Shown here: one piece after another, positions 35,235-45,210 of the stretch
Layout: each line of letters begins with the position of its first letter
How positions within the stretch are numbered: the first letter of the stretch is position 1
Assembly (NCBI GenBank): GCA_963724705.1
Contig: CAVRVS010000002.1
Location: forward strand, 699,648-763,647
Reading direction: 5' to 3'
DNA from: an uncultured Actinomycetota bacterium
GTDB lineage: Bacteria > Actinomycetota > Actinomycetes > Mycobacteriales > Micromonosporaceae
DNA length: 64,000 bases
Notes under the pieces: generated by a model
The model's database searches: none
Told to the model about the DNA's origin: nothing
Seen by the model: the letters and a program-made list of their open reading frames with translations, nothing else
Translations under genes and position numbers: made by a program

Positions 35235-36460
35235 CCGACATCGGCGAGGTGATCGCCCGAGCCCACCGCGAGGAGTGGGCCCGGGTGGTCGCGACCCTGG
35301 CCCGGCGCCTCGGGGACCTTGACATCGCTGAGGAGATGGCCGCCGAGGCGTTCGCGACCGCAGTCGAGCGCTGGCCGATCGATGGGGTGCCTCCGAATCC
35401 CGGTGCGTGGCTGACCACCACCGGCTACCGCAAAGCAATCGACCGGCTCCGGCGCGAGGTCAAGCGCGAGGAAAAGCACAGGGAGGCGCTGATGCTGTCC
35501 GATCCCTCCGACACCTCCGAGCCGCTCGGCGCCATCGACGACGACCGGCTCCGCCTCGTGTTCACGTGCTGCCACCCCGCTCTGGCGATGGAGTCTCGGG
35601 TCGGGCTGACCCTGCGGATGGTCGGCGGGCTCACAGTCCCCGAAATCGCCCACGCGTTCCTGGTCGAGGAGTCGGCCATGGGCCAGCGGATCACCCGCGC
35701 GAAGGCGAAGATCAAGGCAGCGAAGATTCCCTATCGCGTGCCGTCACGTGAGGACCTCCCGACCCGGGTCACCGGGGTGCTCGCCGTCCTTTACCTGATC
35801 TTCAACGAGGGCTACCTGGCCTCTGACCCCGAGAAGGAGGCGGTCCGCAGCGACCTGACCACCGAGGCGATCCGGCTGACCCGGCTGGTCCGTGCGCTGA
35901 TGCCGGCGGACGGCGAGGTCGCCGGACTTTTGGCGCTGATGCTCCTGACCGAGGCCCGCCGGCTGGCGCGCATATCGGCGAGCGGTGAGCTCGTCACTCT
36001 CGACGAGCAGGACCGCGGCGCCTGGGATCGAGAGCTGATCGCCGAGGGCCACGCCCTGGTCCGCGCGCGCCTCGCGTCCGGCCAGGCGCCGGGGCGTTAC
36101 CAGATCCTCGCCGCGATCAACGCCGTCCACACCGACGCCCGCGACGTGCGTGACACCGACTGGTCGCAGATCGTCGCCCTCTACCACCAGCTAGTCCAGC
36201 TCGACCCCTCACCCATCGTGCGGCTCAACCGAGCGATCGCGATCGCCGAACTCGACGGACCGGAGGTCGCCCTGGCGGAGGTGAGCGGCCTGCCGCTGGA
36301 GGGCTACCACGCCTTCCACGCGACTCGCGCCGATCTGCTGCGCCGGCTGGGCCGGAGCGAGGAGTCGCGGGCGGCGTACGACCGCGCCATCGCGTTGGCC
36401 GGCAACACCGCCGAGACCGCGTACCTCATCCGTCGCCGCGACCAGTTGGCCGGCCCGTGA
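35231..36460 (+). CDS. ECF-type RNA polymerase sigma factor with long C-terminal (TPR-like) extension
   Basis: Sigma-2/-4-like regions (EEWARVVATLARRLGDLDIAEEMAAEAFATAV...; LTLRMVGGLTVPEIAHAFLVEESAMGQRITRAKAKI), about 410 aa. This is the classic YciI-adjacent sigma. Confidence 0.8.
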   Translation: MTDIGEVIARAHREEWARVVATLARRLGDLDIAEEMAAEAFATAVERWPIDGVPPNPGAWLTTTGYRKAIDRLRREVKREEKHREALMLSDPSDTSEPLGAIDDDRLRLVFTCCHPALAMESRVGLTLRMVGGLTVPEIAHAFLVEESAMGQRITRAKAKIKAAKIPYRVPSREDLPTRVTGVLAVLYLIFNEGYLASDPEKEAVRSDLTTEAIRLTRLVRALMPADGEVAGLLALMLLTEARRLARISASGELVTLDEQDRGAWDRELIAEGHALVRARLASGQAPGRYQILAAINAVHTDARDVRDTDWSQIVALYHQLVQLDPSPIVRLNRAIAIAELDGPEVALAEVSGLPLEGYHAFHATRADLLRRLGRSEESRAAYDRAIALAGNTAETAYLIRRRDQLAGP

Positions 36461-36618
36461 ACCGCGCCACCCGGCCGCCGTCAGCCACCGGAGCCCCGGC
36501 GCGCCGGTGCGACACCCTGCGTGGCTTCGAGCGCGGCCAGCCCGACTGTGTTCTAGAGTCCGTTTCGAACGTGTATGCCCGCTAAGTGGCGCGGCAGCGG
36601 CGCAGACGGGAGGTGGAC

Positions 36619-36933
36619 GTGGCCGCGGCGACGACGACCGAGATCGGGTTGGTCGTCGTCGGGCGCCCGTCCAGCCGGTGGTGGCAACGGCCGATCCCGT
36701 GCCGGGTCGAACTCGATGGTGATCCGGTCGGGTCGGTGGCCCACCACGGCGAACTCGCGGTCATGGTCCGGCCGGGACACCACATCGTCAGCGCCGGGAT
36801 CTGGCGCGCCCGTACCACCGGCCATCCGTTCGAGGTCGCGCAGGACGCAACCGTGTACGTCGACGTCGTGCCGAACCGATATCCGGCGATCCGGCGCGGT
36901 GCCGAGCCGATCTGCCTGCGATTCGGTCTGTGA
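36619..36933 (+). CDS. Hypothetical small protein
   Basis: GC3-rich ORF. GGGAGG lies upstream of GTG 36619. VAAATTTEIGLVVVGRPSSRWWQRPIPCRVELDGDPVGSV... looks beta-rich. No family recognised. Confidence 0.45.
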   Translation: MAAATTTEIGLVVVGRPSSRWWQRPIPCRVELDGDPVGSVAHHGELAVMVRPGHHIVSAGIWRARTTGHPFEVAQDATVYVDVVPNRYPAIRRGAEPICLRFGL

Positions 36934-36958
36934 CGCTAGCCCGTCGGACCGACAGAGC

Positions 36959-38131
36959 TCACGCGCGTGAGTATGCCGGCGCGCGCGGGATCAGCCTCAC
37001 GTCCTGGTACCCCCGGACGAGCATGGTGACCCAGTCGTAGATCGCGCTCTCGTTGGGCGCCAAGGGTCCGGGCCGGTGATGGGGCGAGGCGAGACCGCGC
37101 TGGACCGACTCGACCGCCGACCAGTCCTGCTCGTTCGTACGGTCCCAGAACTCGACGGCGTACCCCGGATCGACATCGGGCGCCGTGAACAGCCACTGGC
37201 ACTCGACGAACGTACGACCCGGTGACAACGGCACCAGGCGGTGCGTCATCACGTAGTCCGGATGCAACGACAGCAGCAGGTGCGGGAAGACGCCGATGTA
37301 CGTGACCGTGCGCGGGTTCACGCCGGGGAGCGTCGCCGCGTGCGACGAGCCATCGAACGACATCGTCTGCGCGTGCGGCAGGAGATCCATGGTGCCGCCG
37401 ACCCAGGCGCCGGGCCCGGTGCCGTTGTCCCCCGAGGCGGGCGCCGTCACCGTACACAGCTCCGGATGGATCATCGGGCAGTGGTAGCACTCGTGGTAGT
37501 TCTCCACGATTAGCTTCCAGTTGGCCGCGACCTCATAGCGGTGGGTCGCCGCGACGTGCAGCCGCTCGGGGGCGTAGGGCGCGACCCAGTCGTCCAACTC
37601 GCCGATGAATTCCGCGAACGGTGTGGCCCCGCCGGCCGCGTTCACGAACACCCAGCCGTGCCAGTCGACGGCCGGTAGTTCGACGAGGCCCCACGGCGCT
37701 CGATCGAAGTCGGCCGGCATGTCCGGAGCGGCCTGCAGCGATCCGTCCAGTCGGTAGGCCCACCCGTGGTACGGGCAGACGATCGCTCGCTTGGCGGCGT
37801 CCGTACCAACGGGAAGCAGTTCATGACCGCGATGCCGGCACACGTTCGCGAAGGCCCGCACCGTGTCATCGCCGGCCACCGTGACGAGCACACCGAGATC
37901 GCCCACTGCGTAGGCCCGCTGACCGATGGCCGGACGGCGCCCGAGGCACGTCCAGGTGCCCGCGAAGAAGTGCGCACGCTCCCAGCCGAGCACGCCCGGC
38001 GAGGTGTACGCCGCGGACGGCAGCATCCGGGACTGGCCGAACGGGCGGGCGACAGCGGCGAGATCGGCGGGATCGAGCAGGTCAGCGGGGATCACCGCGC
38101 CATCTTCACCCATCGGTGGCCGTTTACCCAA
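36959..38131 (-). CDS. Rieske (2Fe-2S) aromatic-ring-hydroxylating oxygenase alpha subunit-like protein
   Basis: Rieske motif CRHRGHELLP...CPYHGWAY. The downstream catalytic-domain His/Asp region (NYHECYHCPMIHPEL) is typical of Rieske non-haem iron oxygenases. Confidence 0.8.
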   Translation of the reverse strand: MGKRPPMGEDGAVIPADLLDPADLAAVARPFGQSRMLPSAAYTSPGVLGWERAHFFAGTWTCLGRRPAIGQRAYAVGDLGVLVTVAGDDTVRAFANVCRHRGHELLPVGTDAAKRAIVCPYHGWAYRLDGSLQAAPDMPADFDRAPWGLVELPAVDWHGWVFVNAAGGATPFAEFIGELDDWVAPYAPERLHVAATHRYEVAANWKLIVENYHECYHCPMIHPELCTVTAPASGDNGTGPGAWVGGTMDLLPHAQTMSFDGSSHAATLPGVNPRTVTYIGVFPHLLLSLHPDYVMTHRLVPLSPGRTFVECQWLFTAPDVDPGYAVEFWDRTNEQDWSAVESVQRGLASPHHRPGPLAPNESAIYDWVTMLVRGYQDVRLIPRAPAYSRA

Positions 38132-38254
38132 GGGCGTTTCGCGCGGGTGTCGGAGGCTTTACATCGACGTCCGTCGTCGGCATCGTTGAGCAGGCGCACG
38201 GATGGCGCGACGAGCCCGCCGGCGCGTTCACAGACGGCTCACAAGGGGGAGTTC

Positions 38255-39931
38255 ATGACGCAGGCGTATCCAGCCGTGCCGTTGCCCGGCAGTCGGCGGG
38301 ATCCCGTCCCCGGCGCCGTGCGAGTGGCCGACGCGGCGCCCGATGAGACGGTGTTCGCGACGGTCGTCCTGCGCCGCCAGGCGGACCAACCGGGCGTGTC
38401 GGGGGACGCCGGCGCGGCCGCCGACCCGGATGACATCCAGGACGTGCGTACGTTTGCTACGGCGGCCGGTCTCGACGTTGCCGCCGTCAATCTGGCCGCC
38501 CGTTCGATCCGCTTGCGCGGCACGGCGGCCGCCATGTCGGCGGCGTTCGGTGTGGACCTCGGGGCGTACGAAACGGTTGGTCTGCGCTACCGGGGGCGGG
38601 AGGGTTCGATCTACCTGCCGGAGGAGCTCGACGGCGTGGTCGTCGCCGTGCTGGGTCTGGACAATCGACCGGCGGCGCGGGCGCACTTCCGGATCGCGGG
38701 CTCGCCCGGCCACCTGACCGCCGCCGCGCGTTCGGGGACCGAGTCGGCCGCACCCGCGTTGGTACCGACGGGATACTCGCCCCCGGCGATCGCGGCGGCG
38801 TACGGGTTTCCGACCAACGTCGACGGCAGCGGTCAGACCGTCGCGATCATCGAGCTCGGTGGCGGCTTCCGTACCACCGATCTCGACGCCTACTTCAGCG
38901 GACTCGGTCTCCGTACGCCTACGGTCGAGGCGGTCGACGTCGACGGCGCCACGAATTCTCCCGGGGCCGACGCCGACGGAGAGGTCATGCTCGACATCGA
39001 GGTCGTCGGAGCCGTCGCTCCCGGCGCCACGATGGCCGTCTACTTCGGGCCGAACACCACCGACGGCTTCTACGACGCGATCGCCGCCGCGGTCCACGAC
39101 AACGCCCGCCGGCCGTCGGTCATCTCGATCAGCTGGGGCCAGGCGGAAGCGGGTTGGACCGCGTCGCAGCTCGACGCGTACGAGGCGTTGTTCGCCGACG
39201 CGGCCGCGGCCGGCATCAGTGTCTACGTCGCGGCCGGCGATAATGGCGCGACCGACGGCGACAACGACGGTGGGCTGCACGTCGACTTCCCGGCGTCCAG
39301 CCCCTCCGCCGTCGGATGCGGTGGCACGACGCTGACCTTGAGCGGGACCACGATCACCGACGAAATCGTCTGGAACGAGCTCAGATCCAATGACGGGGCG
39401 ACCGGTGGCGGGATCTCGAGCCACTTCTCGACCCCGGCGTACCAGACCGGCGCCGGCCTCGCCGACGAAGGGCGCGGCGTGCCCGACATCGCCGGCAACG
39501 CCGACCCGTTCACCGGCTACATCGTTCGGGTCAACGGTCAGAACCAGGTCATTGGCGGTACGAGTGCGGTCGCGCCGCTGTGGGCCGCGCTGACCGCGCT
39601 CGCCAACCAGCGAAACGGATCGCCGGTCGGCCCGCCGCACATGCGCCTCTATGCGACGCCGACCGCGCTGCGTGACATCACTGTCGGAGACAACGGTGGA
39701 TACACGGCCACGGCCGGCTGGGACGCCTGCACCGGGCTCGGAACGCCACACGGCGACCTCGTGGTCGCCGCCTTCGCGTCGGTGGCCCGCGCCGCCAGCG
39801 ACGACATCCGATCCGGTCGCGTCCGGCCCGTCAGCACCTGCGCCCGCTCAGCCAACGCGCGTACCGCCCGGCGGCGCGGACGGCGCCGACTCCGGTACGT
39901 CATCGAACGAATTCTCGTGGTAGTGCGGTAG
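38255..39931 (+). CDS. S53 (sedolisin/kumamolisin-like) serine peptidase with pro-domain
   Basis: Pro-kumamolisin-like N-terminal domain, GEVMLDIEVV (Glu/Asp), and GGTSAVAPLWAAL (nucleophile Ser). AAGGGGGAG lies upstream of ATG 38255. The track ORF extends upstream, antisense to the Rieske gene. Confidence 0.8.
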   Translation: MTQAYPAVPLPGSRRDPVPGAVRVADAAPDETVFATVVLRRQADQPGVSGDAGAAADPDDIQDVRTFATAAGLDVAAVNLAARSIRLRGTAAAMSAAFGVDLGAYETVGLRYRGREGSIYLPEELDGVVVAVLGLDNRPAARAHFRIAGSPGHLTAAARSGTESAAPALVPTGYSPPAIAAAYGFPTNVDGSGQTVAIIELGGGFRTTDLDAYFSGLGLRTPTVEAVDVDGATNSPGADADGEVMLDIEVVGAVAPGATMAVYFGPNTTDGFYDAIAAAVHDNARRPSVISISWGQAEAGWTASQLDAYEALFADAAAAGISVYVAAGDNGATDGDNDGGLHVDFPASSPSAVGCGGTTLTLSGTTITDEIVWNELRSNDGATGGGISSHFSTPAYQTGAGLADEGRGVPDIAGNADPFTGYIVRVNGQNQVIGGTSAVAPLWAALTALANQRNGSPVGPPHMRLYATPTALRDITVGDNGGYTATAGWDACTGLGTPHGDLVVAAFASVARAASDDIRSGRVRPVSTCARSANARTARRRGRRRLRYVIERILVVVR

Positions 39932-39995
39932 CCCGCCGATGTGAGCGAGGGGACCCGGGGTCGCCGCGGCCGGCCCGGCGCGGCAGGATCGGACC

Positions 39996-42158
39996 ATGCC
40001 TACGTCTCACACCGCCCGGCCCACGTATCCGCCGGCGACCCGTCTCGATCTCGTCGAACAGTTGCATGGTCGAGACGTCGCCGACCCGTACCGGTGGCTC
40101 GAAGATGTTGACGATCCGCAGACGAAGGCCTGGTCGACGGCCGAGGATGACTTGTACGCGTCGGTTCGCGCCACGTGGCCCGGTCGAGAGACGTTTTACG
40201 CGCGCCTGACCGAGTTGCACGCCGTCGGCGAGGTGCACGCGCCGACATGGCGGAAGGATCTCGCGTTCGGCCTGCATCGCGATCCGGACCAGGATCACGC
40301 CGTCCTGACCGTCGTCGGTCCCGACGGAGCGGTCCGTACGCTCGTCGATCCGATCGCGATCGACCCGTCCGGGAGCACGACACTGGACTTCTGGGTGCCC
40401 TCGCCGGACGGCTCGCGGCTCGCGTACGGCTTGTCCGAGGGCGGCACGGAGCAGGCGCTGGTCCGTGTCATGGACGTCAGCACCGGCATGGTGATCGACG
40501 GACCGATCGACCGCGTCCGGCACACCCCGATCGCGTGGTTGCCGGACGGCGATGCCTACTACTACGTACGCAACCTGACCGACGAAGACGCGCCGGACGG
40601 CGACGGCTACCTCTTCCGCCGGGTCTATCTGCACACGGTCGGTACCGACCCGGAAACCGATCCGCTGGTATTCGGCGCCGACGCGCCCAAGACGGCGTTC
40701 TTCTGGGTCGACGTGTCCGATGACGGCCAGTGGGTGATGGTGAGTCAGCAGCGTGGCACGGACGCTCGCAACGACCTCTGGATCGCCAATCGGGACAGCG
40801 TCGCCAATCGGGACGGCATCGACAATCGGGACGGTGACGGCGCGGGAGGCGCTACGTTCGTTCCGGTCCAGGTGGGCATCGATGCGCTCACGTCGACTCA
40901 CTTCGGCCGCGACGGTTCGGTCTACCTGCTGACCAAGCAAGGGGCGCCACGGTGGCGGCTGTGCGTCGCCGAACCCGGCGACCTGTACGAAGCTGGCGTG
41001 ACGGCCGGCACCACCGATCCGGGCACCGGGACGTGGCGCGAACTCATCCCGGAGGACCCGACGGCGGTCATCTCCGACTACGCCATCCTCGATGGTCCCG
41101 CACTGGCCGAGCCGCAGGTCGCCCTCGTGCGCACCCGGCACGCGATCGCCGAGGTCACGCTGCACGACCTGGCCAGCGGCCGGCAGACGGCATCCGTGCA
41201 ACTGCCCGGCGTCGGTACGGTCGACGAGCTGACGGCGCGGCACGACGGCGGCCACGAGGCGTGGCTCACGTACACCGACTTCACGACGCCGGCTCAGGTG
41301 CTGCGGGTCGACGCGGTCACCGGGGCGTTGGACATCTGGGCGCAGCCGCCCGGCACCGCGACCGCGAACGTCGAGGTCGTCACGCGCCACGTACGGTATC
41401 CGTCCTACGACGGCACCGAGATCGGCATGTTCGTCGCCGGTTCGACGACACCGGGCAGCGGTCCGGTGCCGACCATCTTGTACGGCTACGGCGGCTTCAA
41501 CATCTCCCGGCCGCCGACGTACGACCCGTGGATCCTGGCCTGGATCGAAGCCGGCGGTGTGTTCGCACTCGCGAGTCTCCGTGGCGGCGGCGAAGAGGGC
41601 GAAGCCTGGCACCGGGACGGGATGCGGGCCAAGAAGCAGAACGTCTTCGATGACTTCCACGCCGCCGGCGACTGGCTCGTCGGTCAGGGCATCACCACGC
41701 ACGACAAGCTCGGCATCTTCGGCGGCTCGAACGGCGGCCTGCTCGTCGGCGCGGCGCTGACGCAGCATCCGGAGAAGTACGCCGCCGTCGTCTGCTCCGC
41801 GCCGCTGCTGGACATGGTCCGCTACGAGAACTTCGGCCTCGGCTCGTTGTGGCACGGTGAATACGGCACGGCCGCCGATCCGGAGCAGTTCGGCTGGCTG
41901 TACGCCTACTCGCCGTACCACCACGTGACCGAGGGCGTCGAATATCCGGCCGTGGCGTTCACTGTGTTCGAGGGCGACAGCCGGGTCGATCCGCTGCACG
42001 CCCGCAAGTTGTGCGCGGCGCTGCAGCACGCGACGGCGAGTGCCCGGCCGGTGGTGATCCGCCGCGAGCAAAACGTCGGCCACGCGAGCCGGGCTGTGTC
42101 CCGTACCGTCGATCTGGCCGCCGACCGATTGGCGTTCTTCACCGCCGAACTGTTCTGA
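39996..42158 (+). CDS. Prolyl oligopeptidase family (S9A) serine peptidase
   Basis: N-terminal DPYRWLED motif, beta-propeller region, and a C-terminal catalytic domain (GGSNGGLLVGA nucleophile elbow; ...NVGH). Confidence 0.85.
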   Translation: MPTSHTARPTYPPATRLDLVEQLHGRDVADPYRWLEDVDDPQTKAWSTAEDDLYASVRATWPGRETFYARLTELHAVGEVHAPTWRKDLAFGLHRDPDQDHAVLTVVGPDGAVRTLVDPIAIDPSGSTTLDFWVPSPDGSRLAYGLSEGGTEQALVRVMDVSTGMVIDGPIDRVRHTPIAWLPDGDAYYYVRNLTDEDAPDGDGYLFRRVYLHTVGTDPETDPLVFGADAPKTAFFWVDVSDDGQWVMVSQQRGTDARNDLWIANRDSVANRDGIDNRDGDGAGGATFVPVQVGIDALTSTHFGRDGSVYLLTKQGAPRWRLCVAEPGDLYEAGVTAGTTDPGTGTWRELIPEDPTAVISDYAILDGPALAEPQVALVRTRHAIAEVTLHDLASGRQTASVQLPGVGTVDELTARHDGGHEAWLTYTDFTTPAQVLRVDAVTGALDIWAQPPGTATANVEVVTRHVRYPSYDGTEIGMFVAGSTTPGSGPVPTILYGYGGFNISRPPTYDPWILAWIEAGGVFALASLRGGGEEGEAWHRDGMRAKKQNVFDDFHAAGDWLVGQGITTHDKLGIFGGSNGGLLVGAALTQHPEKYAAVVCSAPLLDMVRYENFGLGSLWHGEYGTAADPEQFGWLYAYSPYHHVTEGVEYPAVAFTVFEGDSRVDPLHARKLCAALQHATASARPVVIRREQNVGHASRAVSRTVDLAADRLAFFTAELF
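40784..40837 (+). repeat. 18-nt tandem repeat x3, in-frame (ANRDSV/ANRDGI/DNRDGD) inside the S9 peptidase propeller region
   Basis: gccaatcgggacagcgtc / gccaatcgggacggcatc / gacaatcgggacggtgac, read directly. Confidence 0.85.
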
Positions 42159-42199
42159 CGACGGCCCCGATCTTGCCGGCGGCGGCGGGCGGTCGCCGC

Positions 42200-42223
42200 G
42201 CCGGCGGGTGGCCACCCGCCGGC
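42200..42223. terminator. 24-nt perfect palindrome between convergent genes
   Basis: GCCGGCGGGTGG/CCACCCGCCGGC. Lies between the S9 peptidase stop (42158) and the ALDH stop (42232). Confidence 0.55.
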
Positions 42224-42231
42224 GCCGAGGT

Positions 42232-43737
42232 TCAGCGCTTGCGGCCGTGGATGGTCTTGATGACGCGCTTGATCATCTCGACCTGCTTCGGTGTGCGCTC
42301 GAACGACGTGGCTGGGAGCAGTGAGCGCGCGCGTCGCTTGGTGATGGCCTTCGGCCGGGCGAACTCGCGCAGCCCGTCCGCGCCGTGAATGCGGCCGAAA
42401 CCGGAGTCGCCGACACCGCCGAACGGAAGGCTCGGCATGCCGGCAAAGGTGAGCGTCGAGTTGATTGACGTCATGCCCGAGCGGAGCCGGCGGGCGATGC
42501 GCATCGCGTCGCGCTTGCCGAAGACTGAACCGCCGAGGCCGTAGCGCAACCCGTTGGCCAGCCGGATGGCTTCGTCCGCGTCGGCGACCCGCTTGACGGT
42601 CAGGGTCGGCCCGAACGTCTCTTCGCGCACGGCCGGAGAATCTTCCGGCACGTCGACGAGGATCGTCGGGCGCACGTACGGTGCCGCGACGGCGTCGAGG
42701 CCGCCCATCGCCGCCGTACCGCCGCGTTCCAGGGCGTCGCCGATGTGCCGTCGGATCGTCTCGATCTGGGCCGGCATGGTGATCGGACCGATGTCCGCGC
42801 CATCGCCGGCGCCGAGCGTCAACGTGCCGGCCTTCGCGACGAGTTTGTCGACAAAGGCGTCGTGGACCGCGTCGACCACGTAGATGCGCTCGATGCCGAT
42901 GCAGGTCTGGCCGGCGTTGGTGAGCCCGCCCCAGGCCGCCGCGGATGCGGCGGCGTCCAGGTCGGCATCTACGTCAACGATCATCGCGTCCTTGCCGCCG
43001 CACTCCAGCAGCACCGGAGTCAATGACTCGGCGCACGCGGCCATGATCTTCTTGCCGGTCGCGGTCGACCCGGTAAACGCGATCTTGTCGGTCCCGGCCT
43101 GCGTCAGCGCGGCGCCGACGTCACCCATCCCATGGACAATCTGGAGTACGGGATGGTCCGGCACGATCTCGGCGAACGTGTCGATGATGAGCTGGCCGAC
43201 AGCCGGCGTATATTCGCTCGGCTTGAAGACGACAGCATTGCCGGCCGCGAGCGCGTAGGCGATCGAGCCCATCGGCGTGAAGATCGGATAGTTCCACGGG
43301 CCGATGACGCCGATCACGCCGTACGGCTGGTATTCGAGAAAGGCCGAGTGCTCGACGAGCGTCAGCGAACTGCGCATGCGGCGGAGCTTCAGCACACGTT
43401 GCGCGTTCTTGGCCGCCCAGGCTAGATGGTCGAGCGCGGCGAAACACTCGACGATCGCCTCCGCGTGCGGCTTGCCGCCCTCCCGGTTGATCAGCTCGGC
43501 AATGTCCTGGACCCGGTTGGCGAGCAGCGAGGTCCAGCGCAGCATCGCAGTGCGGCGGCCGGCGAAGCCGAGACCGGCCCACCAGGCGCCGGCTTCCCGA
43601 CCTCGTTCGACGGCAGCGCGTACGTCCGCGTCCGTGGCGACCGGAAATCGACCGACCTCGGCGCCCGAGGCGGGATTGGTTGAGATCAGCTCGCCGTCCT
43701 CGACGACGGGCACACCGGGCGTACGGGTGGCGGTCAT
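42232..43737 (-). CDS. NAD(P)-dependent aldehyde dehydrogenase
   Basis: FTGSTATGKKIM, the catalytic LECGGKDAMIV, and EETFGP motifs. Start is ATG 43737 (MTATRTPGVPVVEDGELISTNPASG). The track ORF extends to 44031. Confidence 0.85.
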   Translation of the reverse strand: MTATRTPGVPVVEDGELISTNPASGAEVGRFPVATDADVRAAVERGREAGAWWAGLGFAGRRTAMLRWTSLLANRVQDIAELINREGGKPHAEAIVECFAALDHLAWAAKNAQRVLKLRRMRSSLTLVEHSAFLEYQPYGVIGVIGPWNYPIFTPMGSIAYALAAGNAVVFKPSEYTPAVGQLIIDTFAEIVPDHPVLQIVHGMGDVGAALTQAGTDKIAFTGSTATGKKIMAACAESLTPVLLECGGKDAMIVDVDADLDAAASAAAWGGLTNAGQTCIGIERIYVVDAVHDAFVDKLVAKAGTLTLGAGDGADIGPITMPAQIETIRRHIGDALERGGTAAMGGLDAVAAPYVRPTILVDVPEDSPAVREETFGPTLTVKRVADADEAIRLANGLRYGLGGSVFGKRDAMRIARRLRSGMTSINSTLTFAGMPSLPFGGVGDSGFGRIHGADGLREFARPKAITKRRARSLLPATSFERTPKQVEMIKRVIKTIHGRKR

Positions 43738-44269
43738 GGCGCGAATTCTAAACCGCTGACTTACTCGCCAGTAGCCCTTGATGTCGCGATCGGACGGCCG
43801 ACCGGATCCGGCTCGATCGGCGGCTCGGCTGGATCGGGCAGCCATTGCATGCACCAAGGATGCAGATTCTGTCGTCGATCCTTCGACAAGCCCGTGTTCA
43901 GCTGCGTCGCCCGGACGGTTGCGGCAACCTTGACGGTCGCGGGCAGGAGGAAATATTGTGTGCACAGCACATACAATCGGCACCGGATCATCGAGACGCG
44001 GTTCGCAGCCACGGACGGCCGATCTCGACACAGGATCACCACCGGTTTGTCGCGGACGCGACGACCGCGGGTGCTCCGACCCGGCGCCGGACGAGCACTA
44101 TCACCGCTCGGTCTCACTCATGGGTGGGGAGGGACGTGAGCGAAGCACGGGACCGGCACGCGTGTCGCGCCGGTCCCGCGCCGCGTGCGAGCACGGCCAG
44201 CTACGACCGACCCTGACGGCCTATGAGCACCGCCTGCGGCCACCGCCTGCGGAGCGAACCGGAGGAACC

Positions 44270-45073
44270 ATGACGAACGACCAGCTGAGCGTCCAACCCG
44301 ACGAGGCCGGTGCGGCCCAGATCATGTACGACATCTCCCGTGGCCATCTCGTGGATGGGCCGCTCCCCGAAGCGCTGCGCTCCTACGAGGGCGCGCCCGT
44401 TGAGAGCGGCCTGTCGTTGCAGTTGGCCGTTCTGGACCGGTGGATCGCGGCCGGTGAGACGATCGGCGGCTACAAGATTGGTTGGACGTCGCGTAGCGCG
44501 CGGGATCGCGGCGGCGTGGGTTTCCGACCGTTCGGCTACATCCTTGCGAGCCGCATGCTGGCGTCGGGGTCGGTGGTTCACCGCGCCGCCGTACCGAACT
44601 GTGTCATCGAGCCGGAGATCTGCGTGACCATGGGCCGGCGCCTCGGCGCCGAGAAGGTGAGCGTCGAGGAGGCTCGGGATGCTGTCGCCAGCGTGTCCGC
44701 GTCGTTCGAGGTGATCTCCGCCCGGACGCCCGAGGGCGTCGCCATGCCGTGCCGGATCGGCAACGGCCTCAACAACTGGGGCCTCGTGTACGGGCCGGAG
44801 CACACGCCGGATGTCGCGCTCGACGCGATCACCGTCGACCTGCTGCGTGACGGCGAGCCGGCCGGCTCCAGCGGTTCCGGGCCGGACGTCGTGGACGATC
44901 CTTACCTGTCGCTGGCCCGCGTCGCGGTACTGCTGCACAGCTACGGACGGGCGCTCGAGCCCGGACAACGCATCCTCACCGGGTCGATCCTGCCCGGAGC
45001 CAAGACCGAAGGCGCTTCGCGCTATGAGGCCAGTTTCGGCCCGCTCGGCAGCGTGGCCGTCGAATTCGACTAG
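44270..45073 (+). CDS. 2-keto-4-pentenoate hydratase / FAH-fold hydratase-decarboxylase family protein
   Basis: GGYKIGWTS motif (MhpD-like GxKxGxT). About 267 aa. GGAGGA lies upstream of ATG 44270. Confidence 0.7.
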   Translation: MTNDQLSVQPDEAGAAQIMYDISRGHLVDGPLPEALRSYEGAPVESGLSLQLAVLDRWIAAGETIGGYKIGWTSRSARDRGGVGFRPFGYILASRMLASGSVVHRAAVPNCVIEPEICVTMGRRLGAEKVSVEEARDAVASVSASFEVISARTPEGVAMPCRIGNGLNNWGLVYGPEHTPDVALDAITVDLLRDGEPAGSSGSGPDVVDDPYLSLARVAVLLHSYGRALEPGQRILTGSILPGAKTEGASRYEASFGPLGSVAVEFD

Positions 45074-45210
45074 CCGATCGCGCCGGCGACCGCCGGCTTG
45101 TCCCCGGGTCCGGCCGCGTGTGGGTAAGTCCACCAGGTGCGGCCGGTCCCGCCTGTCGTCCCACATGGCAGACTCGCGCGAGACGGGTTTCTCGGTGGGA
45201 GGAGTGCGCG

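Noticed and set aside
39780-39931. Possible frameshift at the 3' end of the S53 peptidase, suggested by the Arg-rich tail ...RSGRVRPVSTCARSANARTARRRGRRRLRYVIERILVVVR
   Set aside because: The alternative frames give no more convincing continuation, and the catalytic domain is complete before the tail. I cannot decide this without ortholog alignment, so the gene is left as a normal CDS.
39900-42215. 771-aa ORF on the minus strand spanning the whole S9 peptidase locus
   Set aside because: It is exactly antisense to a gene with clear prolyl-oligopeptidase motifs. The translation is Arg/Gly/Pro/Asp-rich junk with no recognisable motif. This is the typical stop-free shadow frame of high-GC DNA.
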